DNA of 64,000 nucleotides, taken from assembly GCA_031429075.1 (NCBI GenBank), contig JANOYW010000091.1:34663-98662 (forward strand). The letters run 5' to 3'. Below, in pieces: positions 18,658-27,803 of this stretch (its first letter is position 1; each line of letters starts with the position of its first letter). The position numbers were made by a program, and so were the translations under genes. The notes below the pieces were generated by a model. It ran no database searches, was not told the origin of the DNA, and was given only the letters and a program-made list of their open reading frames with translations. The stretch comes from Bdellovibrionales bacterium (lineage in GTDB: Bacteria > Bdellovibrionota > Bdellovibrionia > Bdellovibrionales > JAGQZY01).

Positions 18658-19623
18658 TTAGCGAATGATTTTACTCGCCCAGAGTGCAGAGGGAGGGAGT
18701 GTGTCAGAGGTTTTTTCTGACTGAATATAGTGCAGAATTTTTTCTACAGCCTCCTGCGAGGCTCTGGCGATGGCTTGGTGGGTGGTGGCCCCGATATGCG
18801 GAGTAAAAAAAATCTGCGCATGGTCAAGAAGTGCCGAGGATTTATCCAGCGGTTCGGCCGCGTAAACGTCAAGTCCCAGGCGAAATTGCGGGTTTTCGAT
18901 GAGATGATTGAGCAGCGAACTAAAACAGATCACATCGCCACGGCTGGCGTTGATGAGAGTCGCGGACTCATGAAACCACTCCAAAGTGGACGCTTTGATC
19001 ATATGAAAGGTTTCGGAGGTGAGGGGAACATGAAAGCTCACAATATCGGCTTTGCGTACCACTTCTTCGAAGCCCAAAAACACCGTGTTGGGGTGCAAAC
19101 TTTGCTCCACATAAGGATCGTGAACGAGAATTTCTAAACCAAAAGCTTCGGCCATTTTTTTTACTTTGCTACCGATGCGACCCAGGCCAATGAGACCCAA
19201 GGTTTTGCCCATGAGCTCTTCGCCGATCAAAGCGCCACGCTCCCAGCGTCCCGATTTAACCTGAGAGCTTGCGCGGTCGTAATTGCGCTGAGTGGCCAAA
19301 ATCAAGCCCAGCGTGTGCTCAGCGGCGCTTTGCGCATTGGCCTCGGGTGTGTGCATGACGGTGATATTTTTTTGGCCACAGGTTTTTAAATCGATATGAT
19401 CAAAACCGCTCGTCGCGCTCACGATCACCCGCAGCTGTGGCATTTGCGTGAGAAGTTCCTGCGTGACTTGCACGCCACTGCGGATCAAAAGCCCTTGGCA
19501 GGTGGACCACTGATCTTTGAGCTCGCTGATGTTTTCGCAGGTGGATACATCAGCCAGTCCACTTTTTTTGAGTTGGATGAGCGAAGACTGCGAAAAGCGA
19601 TTGGCGACAATAAGTTTAAACAT
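18658..19623 (-). CDS. D-isomer-specific 2-hydroxyacid dehydrogenase (short SerA-like phosphoglycerate dehydrogenase)
   Basis: NAD-binding motif GLIGLGRIGSKV and catalytic region NASRGDV...TPHIGATT. Directly downstream of a class V aminotransferase, with a 1-nt overlap. Confidence 0.8.
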   Translation of the reverse strand: MFKLIVANRFSQSSLIQLKKSGLADVSTCENISELKDQWSTCQGLLIRSGVQVTQELLTQMPQLRVIVSATSGFDHIDLKTCGQKNITVMHTPEANAQSAAEHTLGLILATQRNYDRASSQVKSGRWERGALIGEELMGKTLGLIGLGRIGSKVKKMAEAFGLEILVHDPYVEQSLHPNTVFLGFEEVVRKADIVSFHVPLTSETFHMIKASTLEWFHESATLINASRGDVICFSSLLNHLIENPQFRLGLDVYAAEPLDKSSALLDHAQIFFTPHIGATTHQAIARASQEAVEKILHYIQSEKTSDTLPPSALWASKIIR

Positions 19624-20723
19624 TAGAGATTTCTATCTGGGATTTCTAACAGAGATTGGTGAATGGCGACACTGGTTTCTTCCAGATCCTGCAGAGTCAT
19701 GGAGCCCATGTGGCCGATGCGTAAAACTTTTCCCTTGAGCTCGTCCTGTCCGCCCATGACCACAATTTTATATTTGTCTTGCAAGTGTTTTTGCAACTTT
19801 TGACTGTCCACGGGCACTGACAAACACGTTAGACTGGGGCTTGGGATCTGTGGAAAAAGTGTGACGCCGTTTTTTAAAACGTGACGACGAAATACTTCTG
19901 CGCGCTGTACATGCTCGTTAAAAATATTTTCTAAGCCCACACGTTCAACGTGCGCGAGTGCCACATTGAGAGCGCGCAGCAAACTGACGGCAGAGCTAAA
20001 GCGAGTTTGTGATTTTTCGTTGGCTTTTAATTCTTCGATGAGATTCCAGTAAAAGGTTTGAGTGGGCGCTATTTTTTTGGCGGCTTCCAGGGCGCGCTGA
20101 GAAAGGCTCAGCACAGTGAGGCCCGTGGGAAGGCTTAACGCCTTTTGTGACCCACTGATCAGTACGTCCACGCCCCACTCATCCATTTTAATTGGAAATG
20201 CGCCGAGACCGGTGACGGCGTCCACAATCAGCAGGCAGGTTGTATTTTTTGTGAGTTTCGAAATCTGTTCCACCGGCAAAAGCGCCCCGGTACTGGTTTC
20301 GCAGGCTTGGCATAAAATGGCCCGAGCTTCGGGATACTGCTTGAGGGCATCTGCGATTTTTTGCACGTCGATGGCAGAACCCCAAGGAAACTTAAGCAGA
20401 ATGGATTTGTATCCAAGGGCCAACGCCAATTCGTGCCAACGCGCTCCAAACTTTCCACTATCTATGGAGATCACAGTGTCGCCGCGCTGGAGAGTATTCA
20501 CCATGGAGGCTTCCATGCCGCCTGTGCCAGTGGCCGTGAGCACAAAGCACGGCTGCCCAGTCATAAACACAATTTTCAGGCGTTTTAAAATTTGCGCCAA
20601 AATGGCTTCGAACTCGTCGGTTCGATGGTGGATAACAGGAAGAGCTAATTCTTTGAGCACTTCCTCGGAGAGCGGCACCGGGCCCGGCGTCATAAGCTTA
20701 TACATGAGCTTGGAATCATTCAT
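19623..20723 (-). CDS. Class V pyridoxal-phosphate aminotransferase (serine-glyoxylate / phosphoserine aminotransferase-like)
   Basis: PLP-lysine region SGSQKALSLPTG and an N-terminal MTPGPVPL typical of AGXT-type enzymes. Confidence 0.8.
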   Translation of the reverse strand: MNDSKLMYKLMTPGPVPLSEEVLKELALPVIHHRTDEFEAILAQILKRLKIVFMTGQPCFVLTATGTGGMEASMVNTLQRGDTVISIDSGKFGARWHELALALGYKSILLKFPWGSAIDVQKIADALKQYPEARAILCQACETSTGALLPVEQISKLTKNTTCLLIVDAVTGLGAFPIKMDEWGVDVLISGSQKALSLPTGLTVLSLSQRALEAAKKIAPTQTFYWNLIEELKANEKSQTRFSSAVSLLRALNVALAHVERVGLENIFNEHVQRAEVFRRHVLKNGVTLFPQIPSPSLTCLSVPVDSQKLQKHLQDKYKIVVMGGQDELKGKVLRIGHMGSMTLQDLEETSVAIHQSLLEIPDRNL

Positions 20724-20776
20724 TTTTTTAATTTCTGCCTTGAAAGCGCAAAAGTCAAAAGGTAGCTTATTTGAGC

Positions 20777-21328
20777 ATGAAAAAAGCGATGTTACTTTTA
20801 TTCTGTATGAGCCTCAGCTCCTGCGCCTATCGCTTTGGCCCCCACCAAAGGCAGCTTCCCGGTGGACATCAAAAAATCCATGTAAAAATTTTCGAAAACC
20901 GAACGCACGAAGTGGGAATTGAATCCGACTTCACCAATGCGTGTATTCAGGAGCTGGCGCGCACAGGTGTGGCCACGGTGACCACCGAGGGTAACGCCGA
21001 AGTGGTTTTAGAAGCGGTGATTCACGCGGTTTCCTATCTCGGTAAATCGGCCGTGAGTTTTCAGACCGTGCCAGGACAAGAGCGAAGTTTGATTTCGGAA
21101 TATCAAACCCACGTGAACGTGGTTTTTAGATTGCTGGATAAACAAAATAAAGAATTATGGCAGGGGCAGATCCTCGGGGAACGAAACTACAAAGCACCGC
21201 AATTAAGAGTGCTGGGCCTCAGCACCGCCAACCCCATTTACAATCAAAGCGCGCGTCGACAAGTGATGAAAATGATCGCTAAGGATATGGCGACCGAAGT
21301 GATGTCTGACATGACGGAGAATTTTTAA
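20777..21328 (+). CDS. lptE: LPS-assembly lipoprotein LptE-like
   Basis: Lipobox LSSC, about 180 aa, immediately upstream of holA (the conserved lptE-holA arrangement). The assignment rests mainly on context. Confidence 0.55.
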   Translation: MKKAMLLLFCMSLSSCAYRFGPHQRQLPGGHQKIHVKIFENRTHEVGIESDFTNACIQELARTGVATVTTEGNAEVVLEAVIHAVSYLGKSAVSFQTVPGQERSLISEYQTHVNVVFRLLDKQNKELWQGQILGERNYKAPQLRVLGLSTANPIYNQSARRQVMKMIAKDMATEVMSDMTENF

Positions 21329-22321
21329 ATGGAGTTTCAACTTTCGTCGTTTGAAAAAACAATAAAAACCCAGATTCGTCCGATTTATTTATTTTTTGGC
21401 GAAGAAGAATTTTTTGTACAAGAGGCCCTCCGGGTCCTCGAAAATGTAGTCCTCGACGGTGGAACCCGAGACTTCAACTATGATTCTTACTACGCCAAGG
21501 AGACACCGACGTCGCAAATTTTTGATGTGGCCGAAACTCTGCCCATGATGTCCACGCGCCGATTGGTGATCGTGAAGGGCATCGAAAAGTGGACCGAGGC
21601 CGACTGGGAAGTTTTAACCAGCTACATCGGCAACCCCTCAGAGTCCTCCGTGGTTGTGCTAACAGCGCGCACTCTGGATAAGCGAAAAAAAGCCCACAAG
21701 CTTCTCCTCGAAAAAACCGAAGCTCTCGAGTTTAAAAAGCCCTACGACAACCAAGTTCCCAGTTGGATTCAGTATATGGCACAAAAATGCGGAGTGACCA
21801 TTGAACCCGACGCGATTCAGTTGTTGCATCAGTTTGTTGGCAGTCAGCTGAAGGATCTTGAAGGCGAAGTGATCAAGCTGTCGCAGTATATCGGCGAGCG
21901 AAATCAAATTCTTGTAAAAGACGTGATCGAAGTTGTTTCGAAAATCAAAGTGCAATCGGTTTTCGATCTGGCCCGTGCCATCGGTGAAGGCGACAAGGCG
22001 CGAGCACTGCTTTGCCTCTCTCAGTTGTTGTCGCATGGACAGAATGAAGTGGGAATCCTTGCTTTGGTTTCGCGCCACGTGCGAATTTTAAGGGCCGTGC
22101 GCAAAGCGCAGCGCGAAGGTTTGCGAGGTCCACAAATGGCAGCCAAGGTGGGAGTGTCGCCGTACTTTTTGCAAGAGTACGAAAGCCAGGCCCGTGGTTG
22201 GAGTGAAAAGAAAATCGAAAATGCGTTTAAAGCCTTGGTCGATACCGACAGAGCTCTGAAATCGTCGCCCATGTCGTCGCATATTTGGTTAGAAAATTTT
22301 GTTCTGCAGACCTGCCGCTAG
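21329..22321 (+). CDS. holA: DNA polymerase III subunit delta
   Basis: 330 aa with an N-terminal pattern IYLFFGEEEFFVQEAL typical of HolA, in conserved position after lptE. Confidence 0.85.
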   Translation: MEFQLSSFEKTIKTQIRPIYLFFGEEEFFVQEALRVLENVVLDGGTRDFNYDSYYAKETPTSQIFDVAETLPMMSTRRLVIVKGIEKWTEADWEVLTSYIGNPSESSVVVLTARTLDKRKKAHKLLLEKTEALEFKKPYDNQVPSWIQYMAQKCGVTIEPDAIQLLHQFVGSQLKDLEGEVIKLSQYIGERNQILVKDVIEVVSKIKVQSVFDLARAIGEGDKARALLCLSQLLSHGQNEVGILALVSRHVRILRAVRKAQREGLRGPQMAAKVGVSPYFLQEYESQARGWSEKKIENAFKALVDTDRALKSSPMSSHIWLENFVLQTCR

Positions 22322-22330
22322 GAAAATCCG

Positions 22331-23374
22331 TTATAGCGGTAAAAACCGGTCCAAAACATTTTTCGGAGCTTTAAGAATTCCACGCCCGGTCTTTTTATGA
22401 ATAATAATACTAGCGGGAACAACCGCTGTGAGAAACATATCACAGCCGCCTCCAAGACCCGTTTCACAGCCAGCGGCAATAAAGTCTGTGTTTACTGTGG
22501 CGTCTTGTTGTTTGATCAATTCAAGAATAATAGGGTCTTGCACGTAGTATTCCTTTTCGAGAAACGGCTGAACGACTCGACGGTACTCAACAACCAGTTG
22601 GTCACCAAAAATTTCTTTGTATTTGGCGAGAACATCTTTCACCAGCGACATTCGGTACGGATCGTTTTCGGAAGAGTCAGTTTTTTCGAAGACCACATTT
22701 TTATTCAGAAAAATAGCCGTGTGCATAAGCATCGAGGTGTCTTCGGCCACCAGGGATTTTTCGCGAATCACCAGCATGTCCCACAACTGCACGTCATCGT
22801 CGGCAATCACGGTGGAAACTATGTCCACTTCGTCGTTGGCGGTCCAGCGAGAAGGCACTGTGAGCCTGTAGGTTTGTTTTTTAAACAAAATAGCATTTAA
22901 ATTTTCGAATGTTGTATTCCAGCAGTTGGTCACAGTGCTTAAGCCATTTTTTCGAAGAGCCCAAAGATCCATGCCGCTATCGGTATCTAGAAGATATTCG
23001 TATTTTTGCGAATACAAGCCATCCGTGATGTGAAAAATGGGGGAGAAGCTCTGGTTGATCACAGCTTGAATACTCGGAGGTAGAAAATCACTCAAATCAT
23101 ACTTGCGCGAAGTTTCGTAAGCGACTTGAGAGGGCGAGCCATAAAAGGCGTTGAGGGAGTCGAATTGAGCCTGCGACACCTTTCCGAGCTGAACCGAAAG
23201 ATAGTAGCGATCCTGCTCGTAACTGAGTTCGGCAAACTTTTTGGAGTTTTTCTTTTCGACGTTGGCAGCGATATTCAAATCTGCGAACTCTGGAAAAACG
23301 GTTGAGAATGAAAGTTCTCCCGCAAAGACCGAGGTGGAAAAAAGAAGGGCGACTAAAAAATTGAATGTACGCAT
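22331..23374 (-). CDS. Secreted hypothetical protein
   Basis: N-terminal signal peptide MRTFNFLVALLFSTSVFAGE. I recognise no family. Confidence 0.55.
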   Translation of the reverse strand: MRTFNFLVALLFSTSVFAGELSFSTVFPEFADLNIAANVEKKNSKKFAELSYEQDRYYLSVQLGKVSQAQFDSLNAFYGSPSQVAYETSRKYDLSDFLPPSIQAVINQSFSPIFHITDGLYSQKYEYLLDTDSGMDLWALRKNGLSTVTNCWNTTFENLNAILFKKQTYRLTVPSRWTANDEVDIVSTVIADDDVQLWDMLVIREKSLVAEDTSMLMHTAIFLNKNVVFEKTDSSENDPYRMSLVKDVLAKYKEIFGDQLVVEYRRVVQPFLEKEYYVQDPIILELIKQQDATVNTDFIAAGCETGLGGGCDMFLTAVVPASIIIHKKTGRGILKAPKNVLDRFLPL

Positions 23375-23619
23375 TGATGGCTCCTGCAGACATAAGGGAC
23401 GTTAAGAACTTATGAAGGTTGGGAGCAATTTAACTGGAGTCGGTATTATTTGAAACTGCGCTTGTAAAGAATATAGAAGGCGGGTCTTAGATCTGACAAA
23501 TCAAAAGGAAGGAAGTTGCTATTCCACTCCGGCCTTCCGCGAGCTGCAATAGGCTCACGGAAAAGGGACTTGCAAGGGGACTTTAGCGCCTGCGGCGCTT
23601 GTTCCGGTCCCGTACCTTT

Positions 23620-23877
23620 TTACTTGCTGACCTGGATGCTCATGCGGCCGATTTTACGAGAAGCAGTTTGTCTCTTGTAAACGCCTTTTTGAGCGGCTTT
23701 ATCGATGGCGCTTGAAAAAGCACTAAGAGCTGCTGCTTTTGCGGCCTTATCACCAGTGGCGATGGCAGTGCGTAGCTTTTTTTCAGCAGTGCGAACGGCA
23801 CTTTTTGTTTTTTGGTTGCGATCTTTTCTTACAAGAGCCTGACGTGCTTGCTTTTCGGCTGACTTAATATTTGCCAA
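23620..23877 (-). CDS. rpsT: 30S ribosomal protein S20
   Basis: ANIKSAEKQARQALVRKDRN is the canonical S20 N-terminus. The TTG start at 23877 has GGAGG 7 nt upstream, and the longer listed ORF (to 24000) is an artefactual extension. Confidence 0.9.
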   Translation of the reverse strand: MANIKSAEKQARQALVRKDRNQKTKSAVRTAEKKLRTAIATGDKAAKAAALSAFSSAIDKAAQKGVYKRQTASRKIGRMSIQVSK

Positions 23878-23901
23878 GGTAATTCCTCCACAGTAGTCTG
23901 A

Positions 23902-25581
23902 ATGAAAGTTTCTATTATAAAAGACGCGGGGATACAAGCCTTTTTGCCTTCGAGGGTTAACTACTTGTCTAAAAATAAACCGACCAATAAACCGACTCAC
24001 TTACCTCCTAAAAGCGAACAGAAAATAAAAAATTCCGTAGCAAAATCAGCTATTTATTTTGCCTCCGGCACGCTCATGAGTCGCGTGATGGGGTTGGTGC
24101 GAGACGCTCTGCTTGTGGCGATATTCGGGAAAACCGTGTCGGATGCATGGCTGGCGGCTTTTCGATTTCCCAATTTGTTTCGTCGGATTTTTGGCGAAGG
24201 GGCGCTTTCGGCCTGCTTTATACCGTTATACGTAGAGTACAAAGATCGCAAAGACGAAAAGTCCTTGGGGCAATTGACGGCGGGAGTACTGGGCCTATTG
24301 CTTGCGGTTTTGGTGCCTCTCACCGTGCTCTTTGTGCTGGGCATGGACTCGGTGATTCGCTCGTGGGTGCATGGCAAAGGGTTTACCGATATTCCGGGTA
24401 AAGTGGAACTCACTGTGAGCATGACAAAAATCATGTTTCCATTTTTGTTGCTGATGACATTGTACGCCTATCTGATGGCGGTGCTGAATGCGCATAAAAA
24501 ATTCCTGCTGTCGTCCATTGCCCCTTTGTTTTTTAATGCCATCATCGTGGCTGCCAGCCTGTATTGCTATTACGCCGATTTTATCTCTGCCATTTTCCTT
24601 TCGTGGTCGGTGATTGCCGGTGGGGTTGTGCAGTTTTTAGCGCTTGTGCCGTCGTTTTTAAAGTTAAAAACCTCCTTCGACTGGCGCCTCAGCAGTCTAA
24701 CATCTGTTCCGGTAAAAAGAGTGTTGAAGGCTTTTTTGCCCAGCATTGTTGGGTTGGGAATTATCCAGTTTATGGGATTGGTAAATATTTCGTTTGCCAG
24801 CCAACTGCAAGAGGGATCGGTGACGTACATTTACTTGGCGGATCGTTTGCTAGAGTTGCCGCTATCGTTAGTGGCGGTGAGTTTGGGAACGGCGCTTTTG
24901 CCAACACTGTCCGAGGCCATCAGCCAGAATGACGAAACAGGATTTAAGTTTGAGCTCTTCAAAAACATTAAACTTCTCCTGCTACTTTGTATTCCTGCCT
25001 CTGTAGGAATGTGGATGACCTCGTCGCTCCTCGTTTCCGTGCTTTTTGAGCGAGGCGCGTTCAGCGCCGACGAAGTCGCGGTTGTTGCGGCCATTGTGAA
25101 AGTCTACGCCTTTACCCTTGTGGGCGCGTCGTTGACGCGGATTCTTGGCCAAGCGTTTTACGCCGAAAAAAGCACCACGGTGCCGGCCCTGGCATCGGCG
25201 GTGGGCTTTGTGGTCCATCTTTTTATGGCGCCATTTTTAATGCAGCGTTGGGGCGTGGAGGGCCTGGTTATCTCTACGGCGTTTAGCACATTTCTTAATT
25301 GTTTTGCTTTGGTGATTTGGTTTTACACCCGGCATGGGAGTTTGTACTTTGCTGAGCTGTTTTGGTTTTGTGCAAAAATACTGGTGGCTAGCACTGCCAT
25401 TGTTGGCGTTTGTTGGCTGCAAAGCGTGTACTTTACGCCCACAGCTTTTTTGCAAAAAGTGATGGTTCTGCTGTCGGTGGTTTTTTTAAGTGGCGTTTTG
25501 TTTTTTGTGGCGGCTCGCATGTTACGAGTGGAAGAGGCGCAGTGGTTGTTTAAGCGTTTGCAAATTCGTTTAAAGAAGTAA
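23902..25581 (+). CDS. murJ: Lipid II flippase MurJ (MviN family)
   Basis: A 14-TM-type protein with the conserved N-terminal SRVMGLVRDALLVAIFG. The start is uncertain: the ATG at 23902 gives a roughly 45-aa hydrophilic leader, and TTG at 23965 is an alternative. Confidence 0.88.
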   Translation: MKVSIIKDAGIQAFLPSRVNYLSKNKPTNKPTHLPPKSEQKIKNSVAKSAIYFASGTLMSRVMGLVRDALLVAIFGKTVSDAWLAAFRFPNLFRRIFGEGALSACFIPLYVEYKDRKDEKSLGQLTAGVLGLLLAVLVPLTVLFVLGMDSVIRSWVHGKGFTDIPGKVELTVSMTKIMFPFLLLMTLYAYLMAVLNAHKKFLLSSIAPLFFNAIIVAASLYCYYADFISAIFLSWSVIAGGVVQFLALVPSFLKLKTSFDWRLSSLTSVPVKRVLKAFLPSIVGLGIIQFMGLVNISFASQLQEGSVTYIYLADRLLELPLSLVAVSLGTALLPTLSEAISQNDETGFKFELFKNIKLLLLLCIPASVGMWMTSSLLVSVLFERGAFSADEVAVVAAIVKVYAFTLVGASLTRILGQAFYAEKSTTVPALASAVGFVVHLFMAPFLMQRWGVEGLVISTAFSTFLNCFALVIWFYTRHGSLYFAELFWFCAKILVASTAIVGVCWLQSVYFTPTAFLQKVMVLLSVVFLSGVLFFVAARMLRVEEAQWLFKRLQIRLKK

Positions 25582-25620
25582 GTTAAAGTCATTGGACTTC
25601 GTAAAAGCCCAATTAAATGT

Positions 25621-27759
25621 TTAAGGACCCGCTTCGGTGGTTGCAGGGTTGGCCTTCCACACTCCGTCAGTTCCCACGGGAGATCCTGGGTAGTTAATAA
25701 AGCACGACGCGCCACTCACGTCATAGGTGGCAGCTGCTTCTGGAAAAACTGCTGTTCGAGCCGAGAAAATGGGGCAAGGTGTAACCACCGCCGCTAACGG
25801 GCCCCCGGCGGATGAGCAATGAAAATTCCATTCCTCGGGCGGGCGCCCGGTGAGGTGCACGAGGCGATTTCCGGGAGCAGCTTCTTGAGTGTATTCGTAA
25901 AATTCGATGGTTCGCACATTGTAAGCGGAGTCTACTTCGGCAACTTGCATATGGACTTCGCAGCCCGTGGGTACGCCGGTGTACTGTATATGATATCCAT
26001 CGGACACAGTTCCAGAACCAGATACGAATTCTGTGATCGGCGTGCGCAGAGTTTGTCCCGCAGCCGTCGCCATATCGGTTGCCGAGTACTCATTTGTCGC
26101 GCAGGAGATCTCAGCATACTCGCAAGGGACCCATCGACCGGTTTTAAAAATAATGTTCCAACCCGTGGGTGTGTTTGAAAGGTGCGTGGACGGTGTAAAT
26201 ACAGTGTAGTCTTCCGGGTCCAAAGGGCCAGCAGGGAGGTTCGACGAGAGTCCGGTGGTATCAAAACGCGGAAGATTTGGACAGCCATCTGCCACCGAGT
26301 CGCAAAAATAAGAGCCAAAGGGATAGTACAAACTATTAAACTGATGAAATCCAGTGGTCGCGTTGGCAACTGCGGCGGGTCGATCGGCGTTTGCGACGGA
26401 AGTATCATCGTTGTCGAAACTTGTGCCATTTTGTGCAAGCTCTGTGGAGAAAAACGATTGTCTCAGTCCTCCGGCGCGAAAAACATTCAAGAGATGTCGA
26501 GTGGCCGAAATGGTTGCTATATTGTAAGTATTAAGTCCAGCGGTGTCGTTGAGCATTCGCTGGCGCGTGAGATTTCGACACATAAAAACACTTCCTGGTC
26601 GCGCATTGGAAACGCGAAAGTTAAGGGTGCCCGGGTTTGGATCGTCGCAGGCGCGGAAGGGTCTTGTGCCACCATTGGCTGCATAGTCAATATTTGCAGG
26701 TGTCGATGGAGAGGACGCTGGTGGATCAGATGTTGGAACAAAAGTGTTGATGGCTTCGGAGGTGTCGCCGTCGTCAGCTAGGGGAGTTTCCGCAGCGTCC
26801 ACGTCGCTAATACGCAGCGGTCGTGCTGGGTCGGCCATGTTTAACGGGTATTGGAATTTTTCTGTGACGGAACAAGACGGTGGATTTGCGGTGTTACCAT
26901 CTCTGCCATCGTACTGAACGGTGATCGTCACTTCGTAACCCGCATTGAACCGAACAGACGGGGGAATTTGGCCAATTCGCATCGCAGCCGCTGGTGCGCC
27001 TGCTGGAAAGTTTACGCCGCTGTTCAAGCCTGGAGGAAATACATTGAGCATTCCCGTAGCGCTGCTATTTGGCATGGCGGCATGGTCGTAAGCACCTCCG
27101 CAGGTTCCGCCGATGACGGCGCCGGTGGCTGTATTAAAAAGTCGAATTTGTAGAAAAGCCTCTGGATCAAAAAGCCCGGTATTGGAAGTGGCAGAGTCCT
27201 CAACGCCCACGGGATTCGGAAAAATGGTGCTCAGTGGAGGCGAAGCTGAGGATGCTTGCAGACCGGGCGGGGTGCAAACTGCGGGAAAGTTATTGTGTAG
27301 TGTTTCAAGAGTCGAAATAGTACCCATGATGAACGTGTAAGGACGAAGAAGCGTAAGTGGATTTCCTGTTACGGGATCACCTGTGGTGAAAGGCGTGTTG
27401 ATGACGTCTGCGGCTCCGGTATTTGCCCAACGGTCTGCATAGTCCAGTCCCTCTTCTGAAGCTGACGGCACATCTGGAACCGTGACGTGACTTTCCGGCA
27501 CAGGTAAGGATCCTCCTCCGGGGCCTCCTGGAGCTGGAGCAAATCTGTAATGATCTCGCACCAATCCCTTGCCTTTAAATTCGCTCATCAAGCGTTGCGC
27601 TTCGGCTTTGCAACTTGCATTGAAGGTGAGGTTTTTTCGCGCGGAGGTTTTATCTCCCAATGTGACGGAAAGAATGGCACCCACAAGAATGGCAAGTAAA
27701 ACCATGCCCACAACGGCTTCGATGAGAGAGAATCCTTTTTGGGACCTGATAAAAAGCAT
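25621..27759 (-). CDS. Very large type IV pilin-like protein with prepilin-type N-terminal cleavage/methylation domain
   Basis: The N-terminus MLFIRSQKG|FSLIEAVVGMVLLAILVGAIL has Gly-1, Phe+1, Glu+5 and a hydrophobic helix. About 680 further residues follow, rich in P/G/T/N, with 14 Cys by my count. Confidence 0.8.
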   Translation of the reverse strand: MLFIRSQKGFSLIEAVVGMVLLAILVGAILSVTLGDKTSARKNLTFNASCKAEAQRLMSEFKGKGLVRDHYRFAPAPGGPGGGSLPVPESHVTVPDVPSASEEGLDYADRWANTGAADVINTPFTTGDPVTGNPLTLLRPYTFIMGTISTLETLHNNFPAVCTPPGLQASSASPPLSTIFPNPVGVEDSATSNTGLFDPEAFLQIRLFNTATGAVIGGTCGGAYDHAAMPNSSATGMLNVFPPGLNSGVNFPAGAPAAAMRIGQIPPSVRFNAGYEVTITVQYDGRDGNTANPPSCSVTEKFQYPLNMADPARPLRISDVDAAETPLADDGDTSEAINTFVPTSDPPASSPSTPANIDYAANGGTRPFRACDDPNPGTLNFRVSNARPGSVFMCRNLTRQRMLNDTAGLNTYNIATISATRHLLNVFRAGGLRQSFFSTELAQNGTSFDNDDTSVANADRPAAVANATTGFHQFNSLYYPFGSYFCDSVADGCPNLPRFDTTGLSSNLPAGPLDPEDYTVFTPSTHLSNTPTGWNIIFKTGRWVPCEYAEISCATNEYSATDMATAAGQTLRTPITEFVSGSGTVSDGYHIQYTGVPTGCEVHMQVAEVDSAYNVRTIEFYEYTQEAAPGNRLVHLTGRPPEEWNFHCSSAGGPLAAVVTPCPIFSARTAVFPEAAATYDVSGASCFINYPGSPVGTDGVWKANPATTEAGP

Positions 27760-27803
27760 ATGTAAGTATCGGGTTTGTTTACAAAAAACTCAAGATGGTC
27801 TAG

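Noticed and set aside
20116-20922. A 268-aa plus-strand ORF spanning the aminotransferase gene and the lptE start.
   Set aside because: It is antisense to a well-supported PLP aminotransferase. It is Ser/Arg/Pro-rich and low complexity, has no recognisable motif, and runs across a divergent promoter region. It is a typical shadow ORF.
22331-23374. A possible Cys/His catalytic pair (TNCWNT ... LMHTAIF) suggesting a papain or transglutaminase-like secreted protease.
   Set aside because: This rests on two short strings only, with no supporting third residue or family pattern that I can verify by eye. I left the gene as a secreted hypothetical protein.
23878-23901. The 24-bp divergent spacer between rpsT and the listed murJ ATG, as a possible shared regulatory oddity.
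   Set aside because: It is more likely a start-codon assignment issue. The first 45 or so murJ residues are hydrophilic and dispensable-looking, and a TTG at 23965 would restore a normal intergenic region.
25819-26781. Several 100-200-aa ORFs (25819-26178, 25932-26438, 26182-26781) inside or antisense to the giant pilin gene.
   Set aside because: They are shadow ORFs of a GC-richer gene. They are Arg/Ser/Gly-rich with no motifs, and the 712-aa frame is continuous and carries the prepilin signal.
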